Source: Thermodesulfobacteriota bacterium (GTDB lineage Bacteria; Desulfobacterota; Binatia; Bin18). Taken from it: 64,000 bases of DNA. The stretch lies in the NCBI GenBank assembly GCA_964291405.2, contig OZ219926.1:128001-192000 (forward strand), in the 5' to 3' direction. The notes beneath the pieces are model-generated. The model had not been told where the DNA came from and ran no database searches. It saw only the letters and a program-made list of their open reading frames with translations. This document shows, piece after piece, positions 28,616 to 38,282 of the stretch (its first letter is position 1; each line of letters opens with the position of its first letter). Both the position numbers and the translations under genes were made by a program.

Positions 28616-30235
28616 ATGCAGCTCTATACAAAGATTCTCATCGGGATGGTGGTCGGCGCGCTGGTCGGTCTCTTGCTCGGCCCTAATTCACTCTTCCTGA
28701 CACACGACGTCTATGCGATTCGCGATGCCTCGCAGATCGTCTTTCAGCAAAACTCGGTCGATGCGTCCTCTCGTGTTCAGCTGCCGGCTGGTGTCCCAAT
28801 CCAGATGAGGTTGCTCGAAACTACGTTCGAGCAATACCCTGATCTTCTTGGACAGGAGAGAGAAGTCCCCGTTTGGGCAAAAGTCCAGTTTCCTTTTAGT
28901 CAAAGACTGGCGCTGGCAGACCAGTCCGGCCGCATTCGTCAGCAACTTGGCGTGCTCTCTCCAGGCGGCCAAGTAGAAGGCTGGCTGCAAATTTCCAGAA
29001 CCCCACTGGAGGGAGGTGGCTTTGCTTTTTCCCCGCGGCCGATCAGTCGGTTTGGCGAGCAGGTGATCACCATCCTTCGTCCCATCGGTCAGGTATTCAT
29101 GCGTCTGATCAAGATGGTTGTTGTCCCCTTGGTTTTCGCCTCACTGCTGGTTGGCGTGGCTAGCCTTGGCGATATTCGGAAACTGGGACGCCTGGGAAGT
29201 CGAACGCTGGGCCTCTACCTTGGAACAACCGCAGTTGCGGTCTCCATCGGACTCGTCTGTGCATATGTCGTCCAACCCGGTCAGTTTATTGACCCAGCCG
29301 ACCGCACCGTACTGCTCGCCCAGTTCGGAGCCGCGGCAGGCGACCGAATGTCCGCCGCCGCCGTTTCCCCCTCCATGGTCGATACCCTCCTCGACGTTAT
29401 CCCGACGAACCCCATCGACTCGCTCACCAGCGGCAATATGCTCCAGATTATTTTCTTCGCTATTGTCTTAGGTGTCGCGATTACGGCACTGGGTCCCGAG
29501 GAAAACGCGAGTGTGGTCACGCTCTTTGAGAAGCTTCAGAACGCCATGATCATCATCATAGGTTGGGTTATGGCCCTAGCTCCGTACGGCGTTGCCGCCC
29601 TTGTCGCAGAAGTGATCGGGACGAGCGGGATCAGCGTGCTGACGGCTCTACTCGTATACGGCGGCACGGTCGTCCTTGGCTTGGCCATTCATGGCGGCAT
29701 TGTGTATGGCGGTTTGGTTCGGCTGATCAGTCGCCTGTCGTGGATTTCGTTTATGCGGGCTGCCCGCCCGGCTCAGCTCATCGCTTTCTCGACCTCCTCT
29801 TCGTCAGCCACCCTGCCCGTTTCCATAGAGTGCGCCGAGAAAAATATCGGCGTAAGTAATCCGGTCGCGAGTTTTGTCCTCCCCCTTGGCTCTACCGTGA
29901 ATATGGACGGGACGGCACTCTACCAGGGCGTTGCGGCAATTTTTATTGCCCAGGTGTTCCAAACCGACCTGTCGTTCGGCAACCAGCTCGGTATTGTGCT
30001 GGCCGCGACCATGGCCTCGATTGGTGCGGCGGGTGTTCCTGGAGCGGGGATGATTACCCTGGCCCTCGTTCTGACTTCGACCGGGATTCCGACTGTGGGG
30101 TTGGCATTGATTCTCGGCGTTGACCGGATTCTCGATATGTTTCGGACAGCGGTGAACGTCACCGGAGACCTGGCGATCACAACAGTCATGGCCAAGAGTG
30201 AAGGCGAACAGTTGGCCCTCCAACCACCAACATAG
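28616..30235 (+). CDS. Dicarboxylate/amino acid:cation symporter (GltP-like) with large insert after TM1
   Basis: FSTSSSSATLP, TVNMDGT, GAAGVPGAG, DRILDMFRTAVNVTGD. Confidence 0.93.
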   Translation: MQLYTKILIGMVVGALVGLLLGPNSLFLTHDVYAIRDASQIVFQQNSVDASSRVQLPAGVPIQMRLLETTFEQYPDLLGQEREVPVWAKVQFPFSQRLALADQSGRIRQQLGVLSPGGQVEGWLQISRTPLEGGGFAFSPRPISRFGEQVITILRPIGQVFMRLIKMVVVPLVFASLLVGVASLGDIRKLGRLGSRTLGLYLGTTAVAVSIGLVCAYVVQPGQFIDPADRTVLLAQFGAAAGDRMSAAAVSPSMVDTLLDVIPTNPIDSLTSGNMLQIIFFAIVLGVAITALGPEENASVVTLFEKLQNAMIIIIGWVMALAPYGVAALVAEVIGTSGISVLTALLVYGGTVVLGLAIHGGIVYGGLVRLISRLSWISFMRAARPAQLIAFSTSSSSATLPVSIECAEKNIGVSNPVASFVLPLGSTVNMDGTALYQGVAAIFIAQVFQTDLSFGNQLGIVLAATMASIGAAGVPGAGMITLALVLTSTGIPTVGLALILGVDRILDMFRTAVNVTGDLAITTVMAKSEGEQLALQPPT

Positions 30236-30280
30236 CGCACCCTTCTCCCAGGGTGACAGCAAAGGAAGAGACCTGCCTCT

Positions 30281-31075
30281 ATGAGCGAACTCCTTTTCGA
30301 CCACACTGGCTCTGATGGATCAATTGCAACGGTGACCTTTAACCGGCCTGAGGCGCGGAACGCCCTCACCTGGACTATGTACGCTGCGCTAGAAGAAGCC
30401 TGCGAGGTCGTTGACCGGGACGACACGATCAAAGTGCTCATCCTGCAGGGAGCTGGCGACAAAGCCTTTGTCTCCGGTACAGACATCAGCCAGTTTACCT
30501 CGTTCGAGGAAGACTCAGACGCGATTGAATACGAGCGTAAACTCGAACGCCTTATCAGTCGCCTCGAAACCGTTAACAAGCCGGTTATTGCCGCGGTTCA
30601 AGGCGTTGCCGTCGGGGCCGGTGCAGCCTTGGCTTTAGTGAGCGATCTGCGCTACTGTACCCCGGAGAGTCGGATAGGCTTTCCCATTGCCCGTACCCTG
30701 GGAAACTGTCTGAGCGTGGCTATCCATTCCCGTATTGTTGACGCCATAGGTCCGGCGAGGACAAAGGAGCTGATGTTTCGCGCCCGACTGGTTGGAGCCC
30801 AGGAAGCCCTGCAACTCGGTCTGGTCAATGAAATTTTTGAGACCGACCAGCTTAGCCATCGGGTGCGCCAGATAGCCGAGGAAATCTCTCAGAACGCCCC
30901 CCTGACTCTCCAGGTTACCAAAGAGGCCGTTCGGCGCTTGCAACACCATAGGCGCGCAGTCGGCGAGGATATTTTGGGAGAAGACCTGATTGTCCGCGCC
31001 TATATGAGTGAAGATTTTCGCGAAGGCGTGGCCGCGTTTCTGGCCAAACGCCTACCGCATTTTCGGGGGCGGTAG
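30281..31075 (+). CDS. Enoyl-CoA hydratase/isomerase family
   Basis: FNRPEARNAL, AFVSGTDI, PIARTLGNCL, SEDFREGV. Confidence 0.92.
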   Translation: MSELLFDHTGSDGSIATVTFNRPEARNALTWTMYAALEEACEVVDRDDTIKVLILQGAGDKAFVSGTDISQFTSFEEDSDAIEYERKLERLISRLETVNKPVIAAVQGVAVGAGAALALVSDLRYCTPESRIGFPIARTLGNCLSVAIHSRIVDAIGPARTKELMFRARLVGAQEALQLGLVNEIFETDQLSHRVRQIAEEISQNAPLTLQVTKEAVRRLQHHRRAVGEDILGEDLIVRAYMSEDFREGVAAFLAKRLPHFRGR

Positions 31076-31158
31076 CAAGCGTATATACCCAACCCCAGAC
31101 TGGCTCAAAAACAACGTGGACAACAGCCTCTACTGGCTGCGTAGGCAGCGAAACGGAG

Positions 31159-32316
31159 ATGATGATGCCGCTCTCGGGAGTAAAAGTCGTTGAGGTTGGT
31201 ATGAACTTGGCCGGCCCCTTAGCCGGCGCTATTATGGCCGATCTCGGAGCAGACGTGATCAAGGTCGAGCGACCTGAAACCGGGGATGACGCCAGGGCTT
31301 GGGGACCGCCATTTGTCGAGCATACCTCCCTGCCCTTTCAGAACATGAACCGCAACAAACGCTCGGTTGTGGTCGACTTCAAAGACGCGACGGACATGGA
31401 GCGCCTGTATCAACTCATCGAACAAGCCGACGTGTTTCTCCACAATCTCCGTCCCGGGGTCACCGAGCAAGTTGGACTGGAAGCCGATCTCCTCCTGTCT
31501 CGCAACCCTACACTCGTCTATTGCGGCGTGACGGCCTTTGGTCATACAGGACCACTTAAGGATAAGCCCGGCTATGAGGTGCTGCTGCAAGCTTTTGGTG
31601 GGCTGATGAGTATGACTGGCCAGGAAAATGGCCCGCCGGTGCGTATGGGCACCTCGGTCGTCGATTATGGCACAGGGATGTGGACCGCCATTGCCGCCCT
31701 GGCTGCCCTCCGCAAACGAGACAAAACCGGCCGCGGCTGCATTGTTACGACATCACTTTTTGAGACCGCAGTCTTCTATGTCAGTACCGCGCTGATCCAA
31801 TATAAAAAGACCGGCAAAGCGCCTGCTCGCCATGCAACCGGCAGTCCACGTCAGGTTGCCTTTGGCGCCTTTGAAACGCGGGATGGCCCCTTAGTCCTAG
31901 GTGTAGCCAACAGTCGGCTGTTCTTCAAACTCGCCAAAGCCCTTGGCCGCGAGGAATGGGTAACCGATCCTCGCTATCAAACGAATGCGAGTCGCATGGA
32001 GCATCGGGGGTACCTCATTCAAGAAATCGCTGCTCATATGGCCCAAGAGACAAAAGAAACGTGGATGGAACGCCTGGAAGCGGTCGGCGTCCCGTGTGCT
32101 CCGATTCTGACCATTCCTGAGGTGACTGCTCAGCCGCAAACCAAGGCGATGGATATGATTCGTGAGGTACCTGGTTCTACGCTTGAAGTCATGGGTCTCC
32201 CCTTTTCGATCAACGGACAGCGACCCGATTTTCGATCTCGCGCCCCACAGTTAGGGGAGCATACGGATGAGGTGTTCAACGCACAGTCTTCAAAGAGTAA
32301 ACGTGTCCTCCAATAG
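31159..32316 (+). CDS. Class III CoA-transferase (CaiB/BaiF)
   Basis: AGP.....ADLGADVIKVE...GDDAR, NRNKRS, APQLGEHT. Confidence 0.93.
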   Translation: MMMPLSGVKVVEVGMNLAGPLAGAIMADLGADVIKVERPETGDDARAWGPPFVEHTSLPFQNMNRNKRSVVVDFKDATDMERLYQLIEQADVFLHNLRPGVTEQVGLEADLLLSRNPTLVYCGVTAFGHTGPLKDKPGYEVLLQAFGGLMSMTGQENGPPVRMGTSVVDYGTGMWTAIAALAALRKRDKTGRGCIVTTSLFETAVFYVSTALIQYKKTGKAPARHATGSPRQVAFGAFETRDGPLVLGVANSRLFFKLAKALGREEWVTDPRYQTNASRMEHRGYLIQEIAAHMAQETKETWMERLEAVGVPCAPILTIPEVTAQPQTKAMDMIREVPGSTLEVMGLPFSINGQRPDFRSRAPQLGEHTDEVFNAQSSKSKRVLQ

Positions 32317-32344
32317 AGCTGCGATGCTGGACACGTTTACTCTT
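32292..32344. repeat. Palindromic repeat family A, copy 3 (perfect 16-bp arms, reversed spacer)
   Basis: AAGAGTAAACGTGTCC-N20-GGACACGTTTACTCTT; overlaps and contains the CoA-transferase stop. Confidence 0.9.
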
Positions 32345-32476
32345 CAGGGCGTTAGCGAAACTCTAGTGACTTCTCCACTGAGATATCGTATGTAGACGTC
32401 GAGTGTTTTGGGGGCTATTGCTGATTTTGTAAAAATCGGTATCTAGAGAAAAGAATAAAGAGAGAAGGAGGAGTAT

Positions 32477-32689
32477 ATGTCAAACCCTGACAAACCCTTA
32501 TCATCCGCGGGCACACAGGAAGACCCAGCCGAACGGTTAGCCCAACATCTATTGCGCCAGCCGCATGACCTTGTCGATGCACGTCGATTGTTCCAACGTT
32601 TTCGGGTTACCACGCGAGAGTTCCAGCGCGCCCTTCGTCAATTTGAAGATCTCCGTCCCACAGGAGACATCCCACCCCAGCCCGCATAG
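32477..32689 (+). CDS. Small hypothetical protein (70 aa)
   Basis: Strong AAGGAGGAG RBS; amphipathic helical sequence. Confidence 0.65.
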   Translation: MSNPDKPLSSAGTQEDPAERLAQHLLRQPHDLVDARRLFQRFRVTTREFQRALRQFEDLRPTGDIPPQPA

Positions 32690-32702
32690 TTGCTACGCAT
32701 TC

Positions 32703-32757
32703 AAAAAGTAAACACGTCCAGCCTTTATATGATTTTTGTAGGACGCGTTTACTTTTT
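32703..32757. repeat. Palindromic repeat family A, copy 4 (diverged)
   Basis: AAAAAGTAAACACGTCC-N21-GGACGCGTTTACTTTTT. Confidence 0.75.
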
Positions 32758-32888
32758 CGGCACCTGCCCTCCCCATACGACCGGGAAGTTTAGAGAAGTG
32801 AGGGGAAGCCGGTGCCGAAAGAGCAGCTCGAGTCCAAACCCCAGCCTCGGATACTTGTCCTACGTGGAAAGAAAAATAGGACCTCGTC

Positions 32889-33341
32889 ATGATTGAAGTA
32901 AACGGTATTGCGCATATTATTCTGACGGTCAGTCGGTTCAAAGAATGCCAGGCATTCTATAAAAAGCTGCTACCGTTTCTTGGCCTCCAACTGGTCTTTG
33001 ACGGCGAAGACATGTGCTACCATGTCGGTGCCCGGACAGGGGTTGGCATACAGCGCTGCGCCCCCGAGCATCAAGACGAGCATTTCGTCCAAACACGGAC
33101 CGGGTTACACCATTTCTGCTTTCGCGCCCGTTCCAGGCAAGATGTCGATCAGGTCTATGACCAGTTACACGAGCTCAACGCGACCATCGTCATGCCGCCC
33201 CAAGAAGGCCCGTGGGCACCGGGCTACTACTCGGTCTTATTCGAAGACCCGGACGGCATCCGGGTCGAGGTGAATTATGTTCCGGGTAAGGGTGTATTAG
33301 CCACGGACGCCGGGTTTAATCCGAGCGGAGACTATCAGTAA
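32889..33341 (+). CDS. VOC/glyoxalase family protein
   Basis: GIAHIILTV, GLHHFCF, FEDPDGIRVE. Confidence 0.92.
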   Translation: MIEVNGIAHIILTVSRFKECQAFYKKLLPFLGLQLVFDGEDMCYHVGARTGVGIQRCAPEHQDEHFVQTRTGLHHFCFRARSRQDVDQVYDQLHELNATIVMPPQEGPWAPGYYSVLFEDPDGIRVEVNYVPGKGVLATDAGFNPSGDYQ

Positions 33342-33368
33342 GTCTGTCTGTGGGCTCTACGTAGCAGC

Positions 33369-34772
33369 CTACCGGGCGGCTTCCCGCCCCGCGATACGCC
33401 CAAACACGGCACCTCGTAAAACCGAGGTCGCGCCCATATAGTTGTAGTAATACAACTCGCCCATAGGCTCGCCAGCAACGTACAGGCCGGATATGGCGCG
33501 GCCTGTAGAGTGGATGACCTGGGCTTGCGGGTTGGATTTGAGGCCACCAAAGGTAAAAGTAATGCCCCCGGTCACGGGATAGGCCAGATAGGGCGGCGTG
33601 TCGAGCGGGCGAGCCCAGTTGGTCTTGTTGACGACCAAGCCATGTGTCGCCAGACCGTCGAGGATGAGCGGATCAAATTCCCCAGCTTGGCAGGCAGCGT
33701 TGTATTCCTCAATGGTTCGCTCCATGCAGTCGGCTGGAACCTCGATGCGTGCGGCCAACTCCCGAATGCTCGGCGCTTCAAACGCCTCCTCGTCCGTCCG
33801 AATTGCCCGTTTCCAGGCTTCTAGGTCTTCAGCGCGCGGTTTGTTGTCAAAGACATTAAAGGCCACCCCGCTTTTATGCGCCATAATGGCCTTGCTGAAT
33901 TTCACATAGGTCTGGTCGCGAAAGTCTTCACCTTCATCGAGAAAGCGCTCGCCGTCTTCGTCAATGAACAGGCCGAGTTGGAAAATGTAGATCGCCGTCA
34001 CCCCACATTCAAAGGGCGTGGAACGCGCATCAAGTACGGCAGAGTGGAAATCTCCCCATTGACCGGCCGGCAGAGCCCCAATTTCGAGGGCCATACGCAG
34101 CCCATCACCGGTATTGTACCGGCTACCGCGCAGAATGAGTCCATCCATATGCCGTCCTAAATATCGGACCCGCATTTCCGGGTTGGCCTCGAAACCGCCA
34201 CAGGCAATCACGACCCCGCCACGAGCTTTAAGATCGGTATAGCCCTCGGGTTCGAGCGCGCGTACACCAACCACGCGTCCACTCCGGCTGGTGAGGAGTG
34301 TTTCAGCCGCGGTCTCATACGCGACGTGCACCCCGCCTCGCTCCAGATGCTTGTAGAGAGTGTCGACCAGTTGCCAGCCACCGCCCACGGGCTGGCGTCG
34401 ATAGCCCGCGACATTGGGATAACCTTTTTCCCATGCAACCCCCATCTCAGTCAGCCAATCAACAACGTCAGCCGCGTTATCCACCACAACGCGCACCAGG
34501 TCTTTGTTCGCCCGCCCACGCGAAACCCGCAGAAAAGCGTCAAAGAAATCTTCTTTGGTCTGTCGGGTGGGACAGTACTCATCCGCTTCGTGAGGATAGC
34601 GGATTTGAGCATCGGCAATAGCGGAGTTCCCACCACGTTGCAGCTTGGGAGCCTTTTCGAGCAGGATGACTTCAGCACCCTCGTTCATCGCGCTAATCGC
34701 TGCGGAAAGGCCGGCAATACCGCCACCTATGACTACAACGTCGCAATCGATTTCAGGGATAGATTCGGGCAT
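33369..34772 (-). CDS. FAD-dependent oxidoreductase, TcuA (tricarballylate dehydrogenase)-like
   Basis: GGGIAG, RGGNS, CGGFEAN, GITFTFGGL, GLYVAGE, GAVFGRIAG. Confidence 0.8.
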   Translation of the reverse strand: MPESIPEIDCDVVVIGGGIAGLSAAISAMNEGAEVILLEKAPKLQRGGNSAIADAQIRYPHEADEYCPTRQTKEDFFDAFLRVSRGRANKDLVRVVVDNAADVVDWLTEMGVAWEKGYPNVAGYRRQPVGGGWQLVDTLYKHLERGGVHVAYETAAETLLTSRSGRVVGVRALEPEGYTDLKARGGVVIACGGFEANPEMRVRYLGRHMDGLILRGSRYNTGDGLRMALEIGALPAGQWGDFHSAVLDARSTPFECGVTAIYIFQLGLFIDEDGERFLDEGEDFRDQTYVKFSKAIMAHKSGVAFNVFDNKPRAEDLEAWKRAIRTDEEAFEAPSIRELAARIEVPADCMERTIEEYNAACQAGEFDPLILDGLATHGLVVNKTNWARPLDTPPYLAYPVTGGITFTFGGLKSNPQAQVIHSTGRAISGLYVAGEPMGELYYYNYMGATSVLRGAVFGRIAGREAAR

Positions 34773-34807
34773 ACTTTTTATTCTTCCTGACAGGTTGCAC
34801 AAAAACG

Positions 34808-34833
34808 TAGGGGCGCAGCATGCTGCGCCCCTA
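34808..34833. repeat. GTAG-type REP, perfect 26-bp palindrome
   Basis: (G)TAGGGGCGCAGCATGCTGCGCCCCTA between the MoaD-like and TcuA-like genes. Confidence 0.75.
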
Positions 34834-34870
34834 TCTATCCTGAACCATGGCTCTGATCCTCAGGAATCGT

Positions 34871-35152
34871 CTAGCCTCCGGCAATGCCAACCATGAAGGA
34901 GACGGTTTCTCCGTCCGCCAAGGTATCATCGATAAAGAGCCGTCGGCCTGTGGAATCGACAAAGAGCGTACCGTTGGCATTAAGGTCCTGGGTGTTCGGG
35001 TCAATGAGCAAGGCTTCCATCCGCTCTCCATACTTGGTCGTCAGGATCTGTGCCAATTCAGCCATATTAGGCTGTTCGAGTTGGATGGTCTCACTCGTAA
35101 TTTGCGTGATTTCCTTAAAACGGGCGGTGTACTCTGCCTGGACTGTAATCAC
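34871..35152 (-). CDS. MoaD/ThiS family sulfur carrier
   Basis: 93 aa ending LADGETVSFMVGIAGG. Confidence 0.9.
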   Translation of the reverse strand: MITVQAEYTARFKEITQITSETIQLEQPNMAELAQILTTKYGERMEALLIDPNTQDLNANGTLFVDSTGRRLFIDDTLADGETVSFMVGIAGG

Positions 35153-35174
35153 GTCTTAATTCCTCTCCTCTCAA

Positions 35175-37208
35175 TTAGTCAGGAATACCAGGATCATCCC
35201 CGGTGTTTACATCAACGTGGACCGCACGGCTAGAACGACTCTCACCGGCAATGGCATTGTCTGCGGCCAGTGCATCAGCAACGTCTTCCATCCCAAGCTC
35301 TTCAAGTTTCTTGCGCGTCTGGAGACCAGTTTCTTTGTCCCAACCACGCCACTCATAATATTCGTCGAGCACTTGGTCGAACATATCAGCGGCAACGCGC
35401 CCTTTATTCGGCCCTTCCGGACACGGCTCGTGCATCCAGCGCTCGCAGATTGTGTCGTGTTCACGACGCAGGCCAAGACGGGAGTTATACGCCTTTTCAA
35501 GGTTACAGATTCGCTCACCGTCGAGCATTCGCTCTTCTTTCGTCCGGTCAATCCCGGTCACTGCCGTATAAGCCTCGCCGTAGTAGCTCTCTGGCGCGTA
35601 GCTGAGTGGGTCGAGCAGCCAGTGGAAGAGGCATACGCCGTACGAGTTAATGAGCGCAACCTGATTTTCGAGCACAGCCGTACAAGCCCCTTTCAGGTCA
35701 GGAACAGTCGGGTCACCTGCAATCGGCGTCCCAAAATAGGCTTTCGAGAGGTCTTTGCGCTGAAATTTCTCGATCAGGCCGATACCCTTCAAATGGTCTG
35801 AACCACGCGAGGCCACAGCCATATTGTTCATCCAGGTGGGGAAAGGCCGCATCTCTTCCGTAAAGCTAGCACCACCTTTACCGTAGATGGCATACTTCAT
35901 GAAATTCTGGCCCTTTTGTTCTGAGTAGCGGAGCGCTCCCCAATAGGCCCCGTCACGAAACAGCCAACCAAACGGATTGGTTTGATACGATACGTTTTTT
36001 ACCAGCTCTTCGATATCTTCAATATTGCCCCATTCGAGACTCTGGGGCTTACCGAATAATTCTTCCACATCACGATCAGAAATCAGCTCGCGCTGCTTGA
36101 GCTCCATGATGAACCCAATTGAGCAACTGAGATCTTGGTTGTCGATGCCATAGTCGTTGGTGATCTTGCCCCAATGGGCCACTTCAGCCCAGTCACGAAT
36201 ATCCATCGCGCCTGCACCGCTGGCCGTTGTGAGATATTCGGGATGACGGAACGTTTCGCCAACAAAGTTTTTTGCCCGGTCTGATTCGTGGCCCTCAATC
36301 TTATAGCGGCCATCACACGCAATATAGCAGTCAGACGAGCACACTTCCGAGTATTTGTGGTATTTTTTGACCCAATTATCCGACCGCACTTCCTCGCCAC
36401 GGAACAACACACCTTGGTTGTTACGCCAGAAGTTTCCGCCGATCCTTTGGTACATCTCGACCGCACCCAAAGTGCCGCGTCGTTTGAAACCGTACGCCGC
36501 TTCGTTCCCATCCAGCTTTTGGCGGAAGTCGTCCGACCATTCCAGGAGTCCATTCGGATTATCTATTTTCACGCCGCCGTTGCCCTGCACGGCAATGGCT
36601 TTCAGGTTCTTAGAACCCATGACCCCACCGCCACCAGACCGAGCATGAATGCGCCAGCCGTCTGATACCACACCGGCGATGCCAACCTGATTTTCCCCGG
36701 CCTGGCCGATGGACAAGGTATGCGTGGTGGAGGGATAGTCGCCTAATTCCTGCTTGAGGATTTCATGCGTTTCTTCGCAGCCTTTTCCCCACAGGTGGGT
36801 CGCGTCGCAGATAGTGACTTCCTCGTTGCAAATATACAGATAGACCGGCTTGGGAGCCTTGCCGGTGACAACGATATAGTCAAAGCCGCTAAAGCGGACC
36901 ATATAGGGAAACTTGCCTCCCCCGGCCGAGTCCCCAAAAATCCCATAGCACGGGCTCTTGAACGTCAGCCGGCCTTTGACTCCAATCCCTGATCCCACAC
37001 CGGCGAGTGGCCCGACGCCGAAGATAAAGACATTATCCGGGCTGCGTGGGTCACACATTGGGTCATGCTTGAGAAAATGCTCCCACATGAGCCAATCATT
37101 AATGCCCGAGCCGCCCACCCAACGTTCAAACAGCTCGTGCGGGATACGTTCTTTTTTGATTATCCCTGTCGTCAGATCAACTCTCAGCAGTCCACCTTCC
37201 ATAATCAA
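35175..37208 (-). CDS. Aldehyde:ferredoxin oxidoreductase family (W/Mo-bis-pterin)
   Basis: LRVDLTTG, SIGQAGEN, RSGGGGVMGSKNLKAIAV, RGSDHL, EYYEWRGWD...KLEELG. Confidence 0.92.
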   Translation of the reverse strand: MIMEGGLLRVDLTTGIIKKERIPHELFERWVGGSGINDWLMWEHFLKHDPMCDPRSPDNVFIFGVGPLAGVGSGIGVKGRLTFKSPCYGIFGDSAGGGKFPYMVRFSGFDYIVVTGKAPKPVYLYICNEEVTICDATHLWGKGCEETHEILKQELGDYPSTTHTLSIGQAGENQVGIAGVVSDGWRIHARSGGGGVMGSKNLKAIAVQGNGGVKIDNPNGLLEWSDDFRQKLDGNEAAYGFKRRGTLGAVEMYQRIGGNFWRNNQGVLFRGEEVRSDNWVKKYHKYSEVCSSDCYIACDGRYKIEGHESDRAKNFVGETFRHPEYLTTASGAGAMDIRDWAEVAHWGKITNDYGIDNQDLSCSIGFIMELKQRELISDRDVEELFGKPQSLEWGNIEDIEELVKNVSYQTNPFGWLFRDGAYWGALRYSEQKGQNFMKYAIYGKGGASFTEEMRPFPTWMNNMAVASRGSDHLKGIGLIEKFQRKDLSKAYFGTPIAGDPTVPDLKGACTAVLENQVALINSYGVCLFHWLLDPLSYAPESYYGEAYTAVTGIDRTKEERMLDGERICNLEKAYNSRLGLRREHDTICERWMHEPCPEGPNKGRVAADMFDQVLDEYYEWRGWDKETGLQTRKKLEELGMEDVADALAADNAIAGESRSSRAVHVDVNTGDDPGIPD

Positions 37209-37235
37209 GACCCCTTTGTGGTTGCAGTGTCGCTC

Positions 37236-37886
37236 TTACGCCGCAGAGCTTACCTTCCCTTTGGATAACATCGCCTGCATGATTCCAACTTCGTCTCGCG
37301 CTTCTGGCTTTTGACGTAAAATTTGCCCGAACGCTGCTTTTTCTTCATAAAAAAGAACGGGAAGTCGAGGATATTGTTTGCCGGCATTTAACATCTCGGG
37401 ACGTGTGGAACAGGCTTTCACACAGGCCGGGTCCCCGCCGCACAAATCGCACTTAAGCAACTCACCGGTTGGCGCAACAAAGACCGTGTCAAACGGACAG
37501 CCCGGAACGCATTCCATGCACTGAATGCATTTGTCCTGGTCAATCACCGCCGCCTGAGTCTCGGGGTCATAATAGAACGCATCCGTCGGACAGACTTCAG
37601 CACAAGGAGGCGGATTGGCGCAGTGATGACAAATAGCCGGCATGAATCCGAAGCCGTCTTTTGAGACGCGCGAGACCTGGGGCGCATGATCGATCTTAAT
37701 GCGCGTCCAGACTGGGTTCAGCTCCCCTTCCGGTGAGTGGATCAGCGAGCACGCCACCTCACACATTTTGCAGTCAGTACATAGGTTTTGGAGCGCAAAG
37801 AGCTTGGTTGGGACATTCGGTACATCGTCTCCGGGCTGGTACCATACCTCGCCGTTGACGAGTTCTTTTTGTCTGGTTTCCTGCAT
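37236..37886 (-). CDS. Poly-ferredoxin 4Fe-4S subunit (DmsB/AorA-like)
   Basis: CTDCKMCEVAC, CHHC..PPCAEVCP, CIQCMECVPGCP, KCDLC..DPACVKAC. Confidence 0.93.
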   Translation of the reverse strand: MQETRQKELVNGEVWYQPGDDVPNVPTKLFALQNLCTDCKMCEVACSLIHSPEGELNPVWTRIKIDHAPQVSRVSKDGFGFMPAICHHCANPPPCAEVCPTDAFYYDPETQAAVIDQDKCIQCMECVPGCPFDTVFVAPTGELLKCDLCGGDPACVKACSTRPEMLNAGKQYPRLPVLFYEEKAAFGQILRQKPEARDEVGIMQAMLSKGKVSSAA

Positions 37887-38282
37887 AGGAATAAGTGTCC
37901 TCCTTACTGAAACTGCATGCTATGCTGGATGACGTTTGCCTGTCAAGCGAAAACCCCGTAAATACATACAATCGACCCGAGAGGCCAGCTTGGAAGGGAA
38001 CTGCATGAAAAAACGAGAAACCCTGATTCATCCCGCTCTTGGTCGCCTGCCGGCCAGAAAGGTGCTGGAGTGTATCTTCGCCCTCTCCCCCACCGGGAAA
38101 ATCGTGCATCATCATCTTGAGGAAGTCGGCACGAGTGAGAGCGGTGGCGAAACGGACGGAGAGATTGAGTATACGATGACAGACGCACAGCCGGTAGCCG
38201 GACGAGAACGCTGCCGCATCATCCCACCCTTTGTGCGTGAATTCGATCCACCCGAATTTCCGACTCCACAGGAGCCTCGTTC

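Noticed and set aside
3378-32757. CRISPR array or integron attC sites from repeat family A
   Set aside because: Copies are dispersed, not regularly spaced; no cas or intI gene; no RYYYAAC/GTTRRRY ends
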